From NCBI GenBank assembly GCA_964247055.1, contig OZ176054.1, forward strand, positions 3,224,001 through 3,288,000: a stretch of DNA of 64,000 nt. The letters run 5' to 3'. The notes under the pieces are model-generated. The model made no database searches. It saw nothing but the letters and a program-made list of their open reading frames with translations, and was not told the DNA's origin. The translations under genes and the position numbers were made by a program. Positions 50,301 to 61,165 of this stretch are shown one piece after another. This DNA comes from Paragordius varius. Taxonomy: Eukaryota > Animalia > Nematomorpha. Positions within the stretch are counted from its first letter, which is position 1; each line of letters starts with the position of its first letter.

Positions 50301-52130
50301 AGTTGATCACACAACTGCGAAAACTCTAAAATGCAAGAATCATCGACAATAAAACCAAAACTCTTCGGAAAGAAAACCATGCCCTGTCTTGTGGGACCAG
50401 AGCGGTCTTTGTATTATAAATTTTAAAATCCTGTGAAATTGTTATATACTTTATCACTAACAGATGCCTAATTAAAACCATGCATTAATCGAAAAACAAC
50501 CGGAATGAGCCAGAAAACATGGCAAAACAATTTTGCTACATTACAATGCTTCGTCTTTAAGAACCAAACCAGTGAACCTCTTCCGCATCCACTGAACTCT
50601 GCTGGGGCCTCTTTGCATCAACGTGGCCTACCCTCGAAGATCAGCAATTCAATAATTTCAAAGGCGCTGGAAAATAGCTTGATGAATATTTATCCACAAA
50701 ATTCCATCAGTTTTTCTAATTCGGCATTCATTTATTACACGAGATGATCGAAATATGTAGAAGCCGATTTACAATATTTTGAATTAAAATTTATTTTCAA
50801 GTTATGTTTTTGCTAAAAACCGAAATTTTATGAAAACACCCATATATAAAATCAGGAATTAAGGTAACTTAGGGTAGATCGGTATTATAAAAATTGTTCT
50901 TAATAAAACGTTTCTAACGATTCAAACCCAATAAAACATGTTTTTAATTATTTAAAACATAAAAAAATTGAGAATTAAATTCATATAATAAACCATTATT
51001 ATGATATGTATCAATACCAATCAATCAGCTTTTTATATGTAACATATACAATAGTATCTATTACTGGATCGACTGAAAATCAATAATCAAATAACATGTA
51101 ATTTGTGTTTTTATCGATAATAAAAAAGATATGTGTAACGAAAAGGATTACGTTCACATTGAACGTTCTGTTTATTGCATTACAAGGTTGGAGTAGTTTG
51201 ACTTAGCAAAAAAATAAAAACACTCAACCAAGAAAAAAATTATTAAAAAAACTTAAAAATAAATAATTTTTGTACCAATTTTAAGCATCTAAAAAAGTTA
51301 TTAAAACTATAAATCTCACAAAAAAACATTTAAAAAGGTTTAAAAAAATATATTTGGAATGTGTGTACCTCTCCAAAACTCCCATCGAATATATAGAGGG
51401 GACTGTCATCCAAATGACAGAGATGCGTACAATAAGGAATGTAATATTTCATTTTAATTTTAACGTTATAGCCTTCATCATCCTCACCACATTTGAACTT
51501 TTGATTGCGGTATTTGGATATTAATCTCTATACATATAATGCAACTAAAAAATACATCTAACATTCAATAATTAGTTAACAACTATTATAAGGTTACATA
51601 AAAAGTAAAGACTAATACATTAAAAAACGTCTAAAAAACCATAAGTTTTTGAACCTTTTGTCGTAACTTATTGTTTGGTGCGAAAATAAGGGGAAAAAAG
51701 TAAACTGGCGACACAGGCAATTTAATTTAACTTTTTAAATTATATAGGACACAAAGTCAAGGCCCAAAACCTTATCTTTTTATAAATCGGTTTTTTTTAT
51801 TTATATTTAATTAAAATAAAAAATCACCTCTGGAGTCCATTTTTTATGAGCTGTCCAATTGTTTGTCGCGTTAGTTATTATAACCGGGATGTTAGGGATT
51901 TCATAGAGTTGCCGAAATGTTTTAATAGATGTTTCATTTGCATCAATCCTTTCGCATGTATCATTTATTTTCTGGTGTTGTTTAAAGTCAAACGTATTGG
52001 CATAATTGTTGATACTCCAACCTCCGGGAAATGTTAACTCTGTAAAGATTATATTCTATAAAATTTAAAATGGTATACCACTTCGTGATTCCCGTTTCAC
52101 ACGATTAATTTTTTTGATTACTCTTTCCAT
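43843..52130 (-). CDS. JMJD6: JmjC arginine demethylase / lysyl hydroxylase JMJD6 (PSR), about 622 aa, 10 exons
   Basis: Exons 52079-52130, 51828-52039, 51369-51527 ([24 protein letters not shown]), 49644-49843 ([24 protein letters not shown]), 49109-49256, 48716-48904 ([17 protein letters not shown]), 47988-48244, 46516-46709 (polySer), 45336-45708, 43843-43927; all phases close. The last 2-3 exons are less certain. Confidence 0.93.
44014..45128. mobile_element. Foldback element with about 500-bp degenerate inverted arms, CACTGT...ACAGTG termini, in the last JMJD6 intron
   Basis: Examples of arm pairing: CTTATGACCAGCGAAT (44041) vs ATTCGCTGGTCATAAG (45055); GTCATCTGGTTTATG..CATG (~44441) vs CATG..ACAGATGAC (~44695). 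CACTG ends suggest the CACTA/EnSpm group (inference). Confidence 0.75.
45937..46204. mobile_element. hAT/Charlie-like MITE in a JMJD6 intron
   Basis: TSD TTTAAAAC/TCTAAAAC; CGGGCCG and CCGCATGTTAGATACCCCT end motifs. Confidence 0.7.
47237..47501. mobile_element. hAT/Charlie-like MITE in a JMJD6 intron
   Basis: TIR TAGGAGTATCCAACAC / GTGTTGGACACTCCTG; TSD ATCTATAT/GTCTATAC; internal (TA)n. Confidence 0.75.
49960..50842 (+). mobile_element. Degenerate mariner (Mos1-like) element, relic 3, in JMJD6 intron 3
   Basis: TA|TCAGGTGTATTCAAAATTTATTACCGG left TIR; degraded transposase ([35 protein letters not shown]); right end AAACCG..AACACCCA|TA. Confidence 0.75.
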
Positions 52131-52207
52131 TCTGACTTGAGCGAATATTAATTTTTGAAAAAATAAATATATTTTCACTTTTATAGGCAAGGTTCAAGCT
52201 TGTAAGC
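52131..52207. promoter_or_regulatory. Putative bidirectional promoter / overlapping 5'UTRs of JMJD6 and SNU13 (77 nt between ATGs)
   Basis: Head-to-head ATGs at 52130 (-) and 52208 (+); contains a strong 3' splice site TTTTCACTTTTATAG at 52186. Confidence 0.5.
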
Positions 52208-52686
52208 ATGTCGGTATATTTTAAATTTTTATCATATCCGTATAGAAAGAAGAAACTTTTAATCCTAAAGCTTATCCATTAGCAGATCCCGTTTTGAATA
52301 AAACTATTTTGGATTTAGTTGTTCAAGCCAATAATTACAAGCAACTAAAGAAAGGGGCTAATGAAGGTTTTATTAACGACTTTAATAAAAAAATTTAGCT
52401 ACTAAAACACTTAATCGAGGGCTCTCTGAACTAATTATTATGGCCGCTGATGCTGAGCCGCTTGAAATATTGTTACATTTACCCCTTTTATGTGAAGATA
52501 AGGTATATTTTAAAAATATTTTTTTAGAACGTTCCTTACATATTTGTCAGATCTAAGGAAGCTTTAGGACGTGCCTGTGGAATTTATAGACCAATTAGTG
52601 CATGTTCTATATTAAGTAATGAAGGCTCTCAAATTCAACCGCACATTTTGAACGTTAAACAAAATATTGAGCGGCTTATGATATAA
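52208..52686 (+). CDS. SNU13: SNU13 / NHP2L1 (15.5K) U4 and box C/D RNP protein, 129 aa, 4 exons
   Basis: Exons 52208-52213, 52246-52366, 52399-52502, 52528-52686 translate to [16 protein letters not shown]...[14 protein letters not shown]...[38 protein letters not shown]...IERLMI*. Confidence 0.97.
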
Positions 52687-52727
52687 AAAAAGAAAATTAT
52701 AAAACCATGATAATCATGTAAATAAAT

Positions 52728-55700
52728 TTATTTTTTATTCTTTATTGGTACAATATTACATAGATTATTTTGCTGTAAGAAAGGTTCAATATTCAATTTG
52801 TATTCTGAGAATCCATTATTGTTATGCTTTGATAATTTCGTTTTATTTGTAAAATTGGTTAAAGCAGTCCTTTGCTTAATTGACGATCCAATGCTGACAT
52901 ATTCTTCCAATAATCTAACAATCAAATAAATAATTATAAATCAAGATTTTATTTAAGAAATAAAATATATTTATTCACTTTTTTCCATTTTTGGTAACGT
53001 CTGAGGCCGTTTTAAAATGTGTAAAGAGGTCTTCTGCAATGATCTAAATGCAAAAATTAAGGAAAGTAGTATTAATTATATTTTTTCGATATATATAATT
53101 TTTTGGTTTTCAAATAATGGAACCGAAACAGCGGGTATATTTTTTTTTGAAAAAAAGTATCTTTTCCGTTTTTCAAACGTATTTAACCTTATTTAATATA
53201 GATTTTTAAAATTGTTTCGAAAAAGAACACATAAATTTGTTTTTCACATCTTTATTTAGCCATATTTATTCACATTGTATCAAAATAATTGGGTTATCTA
53301 TAATTTTTTATTAAAATGCAAAGAAGTGAGGATTATTTAATAAAAAAAATCTAACCGGCATCATTTTCCCGCAAAAAATTACACATAACCGCAACAAAAA
53401 ATTTTTTTTGTAAAAAATTATCTAGAACCAACCGTTTTCCGCTAAGAATTATTTAAAACCGAAATGATTATAAATAACCGCGGAACTGTTAAAAAAGAAT
53501 CAATTATTTTAGAGTGTGCATAACAATAATCAACTTTAAAGTAGCTATGTAAAAACTTACAGGAGCCCACAGTTTGCTATAATAATTGGCTGTTAAATGT
53601 GCATCAATAAAGATTGGTGTAAAAGTTGCCAAAGGATCAAACGAAGATGGTATGCTGGTATTTGATTGATTTGTTTTTGTCATGTACAAAGGATAGATTT
53701 TGCGGAAAACGTCATAATAATAATTTGTTCTAATTATGTAACAATGACGGATTGAAAATGTTTTTGTATTAATTAACTATTGTTGAATCCGTGTTTATAA
53801 TGATAAACCAAAATTAAACTAAAAAATATTTTTTACACTAAAAGTTTTGTCGTCAATATAGTAATCGCAAACTAGTTTCGTGCTTGTTAGCACTCATCGT
53901 TAAGACACAACTATTTGACTACTTGGGGTTTTCACATATCAATTTCGTATATATTTCCAACTTTTCAATTTCGGTATAAATGCAGTTGGTTATACGAATT
54001 TTAAATCTAAATTTATGAAATTAAACTGAAATACCCTCAAAATTAAGACTAGATTACCCTAAATTTTGGGTATAACTACTTGGGAAATTTTTCATAAATC
54101 AATTTAAGAACTAGGCAGCTCTCTAAAGAATATCTATTTAATTTTCATTTATCATTATCCGGATTTAACAATTGTCAATCAATAGAATAATGATATTATC
54201 AAAAAATCAGTCTAATTTTTGTAGTATATTATGCGAATGAAAAAATTACTGCACAAAATTTAATATTTAAAGAAAGTTTTTTTATTCAAAGGTAATGTCT
54301 AAAACGGATACGCTTAGAAAAAATATACCCAGAATGTAATTCTATATCCAAATGACTATACAATAGTTCACTCATTGTGTCATTAGCTTTCATAAACTGA
54401 TCTCCTAAATATAGAGAAAAAAATAAAAAAGATACAACAAATCATTGAATAAAAATAATTTATAATTTAAAATAATATTACGTTTTAAAATATCTGAAAC
54501 TATCGTTCCTTGCTTGGTAATGCAAAATTGGGCAAATTTCTTCATGAAATAAGCCATGACATATTCACAATCTCTTTCCACATAATTGAGTCCAGCTATT
54601 TCACTGTAAGGCACCCTGGTTAACAAATGGGGCAGGAGGTGGCCCATCTAAATAAAATTAAAACATTTTTTATTTAAAATTATTTTATTGCTTATATTAA
54701 TACAAAAATATATATATTTATGATAAATTATAAATTGTTGAATTTATTGTAAGATTATAAAAATGAGTGTTTAAAACCAAACTGTTTTTGTATACGAAAT
54801 CAAAGTAAAAAATGGTTTATTCAATATGTATTTTCCCTTTTCGATTCAATTATAATTTTAGTTTTGTTTATTGTTGACATTTGATTAAAATTATTTATAA
54901 ATCTTAAATAACCGTCAATCCCTATAAAAAATTTGTGGGATCAAACAAAATTAATATAAATCTTGTAAAAAATAATTTAAAACATAAAAATTATACACTA
55001 AAATATAATTGTTTGAGTTGATTATATGTCATAAGTAGTTGAGAGTCCTGGTTAAAAGCCAAGTCCAACGATAAAATGGCGTAAGGTAAATCGTTTCTAA
55101 CTACACTTTTATCTAAATAAATTGTCATATATTTTGTAGTGTGAAAAAGAAGTAAAATATTTACGCAATTAAAATTATTAAAAACAAAATGCAATTTTAA
55201 TATGTATGGTATTATCAAAAAATGTCATTTTACAGGTAAAATAATAAATAATATTTTTTTCATAAATATCAAAAAGAATTCTCTTTTAAAATGGTTCGAT
55301 ATTGAATTTCTTGTCATCTTGTATTACTATTTTATTCTCACATGATTAAAAACCGTAATTGTTAAATAGTTAATTTTATGAGAACAGAAGACAAAAATTG
55401 TTTCATTTATAATTTCCAAATCAAAAATTTTTATCGACAAAAATAAACTTAACTTAAATTATGATATAATTTCGAAACAAAATTACTTTGACCCAGTTCA
55501 CCCCATATGCCAGGAAATTTTGGTTTAGAAGCATTCCACACAGGGTTAATGTATAAATGGGACGTAAGACCTAAATAAAAAGTGTAAAATATATAATAGT
55601 AAAAAGTTACAAAAATATTATATCAATTTTATTTTATTAACTGTGATTATAAAATATCAGGAAATTTTTACATTTAACACAAGGTCATATTGATTCATTA

Positions 55701-58700
55701 AACGAAATAAATATAAAGATTCCTCAAATCGATCCTTACTTCAAATTCACCCTACAAATAAATTATGTGTTTTGGGGCTAATTTAACACAGTTATATTTA
55801 TATGAAATCTTATTTATGCAATATTTTATTATTATTTTTCTGTATTAGTTTCATTTTTAAAAATATTAAAGTATATATATATATATAATTGACAATTCCG
55901 ATTCCCCAAAACATAATTTATTTTATTTTTAGGGTGAATTTGAAATATTAAAGGGTTTATTTGAAGTTTTCAAGGGTCATTTTAAGGATAACATAAAAAT
56001 AAATAGTAACATAATTATAAGTTTAATTAAAATAAAATAGTAGTTTGATGACACAAATAACAAATTAAAAATTAAAATTTTAAGAGAAAACGGTATAAAA
56101 ATAAATGTTACAATTATTTTGATCGCGTATTTCATAACATTCATAATCATAACTCAATTCTGGTGGATTTGGAACTATTTTCTATATATAATTAAATTAT
56201 AAAATTATTATCAAATAAAAATATTAATAAAAATTTATATATATATATATATATAATAATTGAAAATTACTTCAAATTTAATTCCAAACATGTCTTTAAG
56301 TAGCTGGAATAAATTACCAAGTTGGCCATTATATTCAAATTGTGGCAATAAACTTTTATGGCTAGTAGGGAAAATGAAAGTTATATGATTACAAAAATTA
56401 AAAATTATTATAGACCTCTAAACAAAATATTATTAACATTTTTAAACAAAAGTTAAAAAGTATTTTTTTTCTTATAGATAACCCAACTAAATATTTTTTA
56501 ATTAATAATTTAACCTAAGATATAGGACGAAAATGTTGTTTAAAAAATAAGCTCTTTAAATATTTATCAAACAAAATTTTAGTTAATAAAATAGATAATA
56601 AACAATATTTCATCGAATGTTATATATGGCATTTCAAAATACCTTAATTTAAATTTTTTTAGCATTCGCAGTAGAACGGAAATCCATTTATAAAACAAAT
56701 TTAAAATTTGGCAATAAAAATAAACATACAAATATTTTTCGACATATCGCCTACGCCAATATGGTACATTCCAAGCATTTAGAAGTGAATTTTTATTATC
56801 TTTTTTGGCAAACGAGAATAATCCCCCTCCTGCTGGCAAATTTTTTTTCCGTAATGATAATTCTGGCATCGATTTTGATTTCGATTCTTGGTCAGAAAAT
56901 GCTGTTAATGTTTCCATCTCTGATATGGCACGTGGCATAATACGCGTACGTAATCTAAAAATTGAAACAAATCATTTAAACAGTAATCATTTATTACATT
57001 AACATAAAGGTTTAATTATTTTGAATAGTATCACACATTATATGTTATCGAATAAATTTATATTCTCTCCGAATTGTATATAAAAACAATCTCAAACTCA
57101 AATATATAATGAAAGTTATATGCCAAGTAATAAATTATAGGAAAAAGTTAAAGTTTAAAAAATATTCTGGCGACAAATATTAGGAAGTTTAAAATAAATT
57201 AAAAATACAAGGAATTTTAACTTTAGGCATTTAATATTGTCCATATACATATTAAAATTATTTAATTTTTATAAAATTGAATTAAATAAAAATTAATTAT
57301 AATTACTCTTCTATTATTTGTAATATTTCTTGACGTGATTTTGCCATTTTTTGCGATAAACTCAGGTCCATATAGCATGGGAAGGAGAGGCATTTGGCGA
57401 TATCATGTCTAAAAAACAGAGTTGAAAACAATATTAATAATAAAAAAATCAAATTTAATAATGTAAAAATAAAAAATAAAACTTTAAAGAACGTTTTAAA
57501 GAACACAAATATTTTCGCGACTGCTTTAATAATTTTTGGTGTTTTTTATTTATTTTGAGCCAAAATTTAATTAAAATCCAATTTTTTATTTTTTAACATT
57601 TTTTGGAGCATTTTTGCGCGTACCGCGAAAAAAGCGTGTTGGACATGTCTGTTTAAAGAACAGGGTCAAGATGTTTTTTGTAAAAACCTGTATAACTGTT
57701 GATTTTTTTCAACTATATACCCAATACGATTACGATTTGATAGGGTTAGATAGAGTTGAAAATCTCTTTATATATATTTAAGATGGCCAAAAAGATAACT
57801 ATCTATGGAAAAGAAATGTAGAATTTGAAATAAGAGTTATAACTTTTTGATATCAAAAATTGAATTTTAATCAAATATTAGCAAACATTCTGACCAAAAC
57901 CGTTTTCAGGCCACAAATATTTTATTTATCACTGCCAAAATTTGAATAAAAATAAAAACTATTAATTTAGAAAGTTAATAAGGTTAATTTAACGATAAAA
58001 TTTAAAGAATTTTTTTGACCCGTTTTTAACCGTTTTATTTTTACAACCTGTAAAATACTATTTTAAAAACTTTATTTATAAATTAAACGAATTACGCACT
58101 TTAAAATAGTGCAATCTATTCTTCTGAAATTACGTTTAAATGCTTATCAGTAATCTAATTTTATATAAAATGTATGCATTCACCGTAATTCCTTAATTAA
58201 AAAACCTTATATTTTTATAAAGTTTTCTTTTTAATAAATTCAATCGTTATTTTACCTCGCATGTAAAATTTCATCAATACATCGACCATTATGTGAAATA
58301 TTTTTGGTTGTTGCCATCGAATGATAAATGTTGTAAAGAGACTGTCTATGTCTTTCATTGTCAACATACGAAATAAATGTATTGTAATTTTCGGGTTCAA
58401 ATGTTATGACCCAGGGACCAGTTTGAAAATTTGTACTATCTCTATATAATAAATATAAAATGTAATCATTAAACAACATTTTTTTTGAGCAAACGCAACT
58501 TTTTTTTGAGCAAACGCAACTTTTTTCTGAGCAAACGGAACTCTTCTTTCAAGCAAACGCAACTCTTTTTTCAAGCAAACGCAACATTTTTTCAGTTGTC
58601 TTTGCTTGAATAAATGTTGCGTTTGGTCGAATAAATGTTATAATTTTTGAAAATACTTTCAAAAAAGAAATTCGCACCTTGATATTAAGAAATAAACGTT

Positions 58701-59431
58701 AGATTATTTTTGACATACAAACATTATTAACAAAATATAGATTAGAAAACATTAATAATAAAATGCACAAACATATCCAAAATATATAAAAATTACAGAT
58801 GGTGTAGATATTGCTTTAAATATTTGTCTGGCATTTCTATAATTTCGCTTTTGTCCGTTATAAGTTGGGCCACATCCATACGACTAATATTCATGTTGAA
58901 TCTACCATATACATATCAACAAATAATGGGATAAAAAAATTGAATATACGATGGCGTTTAGTATGAAAAACAGATGGTTAAAATTAACAATTTTTTTCCT
59001 ATGTTTTAACATATACAATTTGTTTCAAATCTTTATTGTTCTTACATACATGAATTACTATTTTCAAATGAAAATATTTATTAATTTATCTAAAATATAT
59101 TTCCAAAGAAAACATATAAAATCTTTAATTTTTTCCCAAACGTGTATAACTTTTACAAAAAAATAAATATTATATCGAAAAATTTAATTGATCAAAAAAA
59201 ACAAATAAAATTACATGTATTTTTCTTTCTGTTGTTCAAGGGTATTCAGGTTATATTGCACTTTTTCATAATCTTTGACATTAAGGGCTAAACCATTCAT
59301 TTCCCCTTGTGCAATAAATTTTTCTGCTAATGCCGTAAGGTAAAGTGTATTTGAATCGGGTTTGTTTTCAAATTTTCCTAACTCATCCTTTAATTTCTAA
59401 TGATGAAAATTTTTTACAAAACATATACAAA

Positions 59432-59471
<40 letters not shown>

Positions 59472-61165
59472 TTACTGTGGACATATACCATTTACAATTA
59501 AAATTTACCTTTAAACAATTCAAATTCACCCTTGAACAATTCAAATTCACCCTAAAACAATTCAAATTCACCAACTAAAATATATGTTTTTTAAGATCAA
59601 AAATTACCAATATTTTTATATATTTTTAAAAAATAAAATTTTGTATTGAATTAAAATAATACTGAAAAAATAATAAACTGTGCCATAAAGATGTATTTCC
59701 TACTAATAATGAGTTATATTAGTTCGAAAACACATAATTTATTTTTAGGGTGAATTTGAATATTGTTCAAGGGTAAATTTCAATTGTTCAATGGTAAATT
59801 TGAATTGTTCAAGGATGAATTTGAACTGTAAATGGTATATATTGGTTTTACATTCTGCCTTTTGATGGTTGCTTATTAGGGCCATTTGCAACACAGGAAT
59901 GTATGGAAAAAAGACAGGAAATAATTGTTTAAACATTTTGTTGTTTTTTCCATACACTACTGTGTTGCAAATGGCCCAACTATATTGTGAAATAAGAAAC
60001 TATTAAAATGCATACAATATATTGGTATCGAACCGTTATTTTAAAGAAAAAAAGGTGATATCGGATTTTTTAAATTTAAATATCAATTGATATTTGGAAT
60101 TTCGTCCGATAATATCTAATATCATTAAACAGATATATTCAAAATAATTGAAAAATGCTAAAATGTTTTAATTTTTTGGGGTCATATGAGGGCTACAAAT
60201 ACATTTTATAAAGTTTTCGTAAAAGTCCATTTACAGTTCAGATTCACCCTAAAAAAATTATGTGTTTTCGCACTAAAATTTATTAATATGAAATGTATTA
60301 TGGCATGGTTTATTATTTTTTCAGTATTATTTTAATTTAAAAAAATTTTACCTTTTAAAAATATAGGTAATTTTTAATCTTAAAAAACATATTTTATTTG
60401 AGGGTGAATTTAGAATTGTTTAAGGGTGTGCATTGAATATGGTATATTAAACCACTACAAAAATATGCCTAATATATCATTTGGAAAACGGAAAAAAATA
60501 CTTTTATCGTTTGATAAGTTATTTGACTTTTAAAGCGAAGCATTGAAATTCGTTGCATAGGAAGTAGAATCTATAAATTTGTAAAACAATGAATAAGAGC
60601 CAAATTATAAAAAAATTTAAAGACAAAAATCTATAATCACATTTCTTTAGACTTGATTTTTATTTTTTAATGAATTGTAACAAAATATATACTACAAAGG
60701 TTTTTGGCACAAGGCAACAAAAACAAAAGATAAATACTTTTTTATATGTTGAAGAGAAAACATTAGGCTCAAGTTTATTCAATAATTTCGCTATTATAAG
60801 TGCACGTGATACGTTGCTTGAAAGTTTCTCAATTTGTGAAAATACTTCTTGGAGAGTTAAATTTGCGCCTTAAATTAGTGTAAAATACAAACTTTTAAGC
60901 TCATTTTCAAAAGCATTATATTCAATATCATAGCGTATACACAGATGACCAATCCCATTGTATAATTGTTGTGAATTAAGGGTTGATAAGGGTGGATGTA
61001 AATTATTATTTAAAATCAATGGATTGTTTTCTCCACCAGAATCATAATTTATTATTTCCGGAAGACTTAAATATATAAAATAATATATTACACAACAGCA
61101 ATACTAAGGTTTCTTTTGATCGGCGTAAGGCAAAAAGCATGCCTTAAAAAAATCCGTATGCTCAT
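52728..61165 (-). CDS. M3A family oligopeptidase A-like protein, about 784 aa, 19 exons, probably mitochondrially targeted and catalytically dead
   Basis: Exons 61092-61165, 60893-61065, 60738-60868, 60502-60570, 59215-59396, 58797-58901, 58256-58441, 57307-57408, 56730-56954, 56271-56361, 56112-56181, 55487-55570, 54997-55112, 54482-54647, 54329-54404, 53923-54006, 53561-53729, 52979-53043, 52728-52914; all phases close (2355 nt). M3A landmarks: GPWVITF, KMAKS, WNVPYWRR, MFGIKFE, GHLLPHLLTRVPYSEIAGLNYVE, ANYYSKLWA..AEDLF. Confidence 0.85.
55735..55985. mobile_element. Eroded copy of the 21-bp-repeat MITE family (further copies at about 46257-46330 and 60226-60445)
   Basis: TCAAATTCACCCT..AATTATGTG and TTTTAGGGTGAATTTGAA modules. 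Confidence 0.6.
58476..58640. repeat. Minisatellite, about 5 x 21-23 bp TTTTTTGAGCAAACGCAAC, plus two inverted copies; likely a collapsed MITE
   Basis: Direct reading. Confidence 0.8.
59486..59837. mobile_element. Best-preserved copy of the TA-flanked MITE with subterminal 21-bp repeats
   Basis: TA|TACCATTTACA ... TGTAAATGGTA|TA; several AACAATTCAAATTCACCC units on each arm in inverted orientation. Confidence 0.8.

Noticed and set aside
51846-52037. Plus-strand ORFs 51846-52037, 56805-57002, 60670-60873 and 34463-34657
   Set aside because: Antisense to real minus-strand exons of JMJD6, M3A and EXOG.
58476-58640. CRISPR-like array (also the 21-bp repeats at 41.8, 55.8 and 59.5 kb)
   Set aside because: Units are contiguous with no unique spacers, occur in inverted arrangement, and lie in eukaryotic introns; these are MITE subterminal repeats or minisatellites.
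59345-59957. ORFs with repeated FKFTLEQ or VNLNC units
   Set aside because: Translations of (TA)n and the 21-bp MITE repeats in an M3A intron.
52728-61165. Bacterial contamination or recent HGT of prlC/oligopeptidase A
   Set aside because: 18 spliceosomal introns, host-like AT content and interspersed host MITEs.
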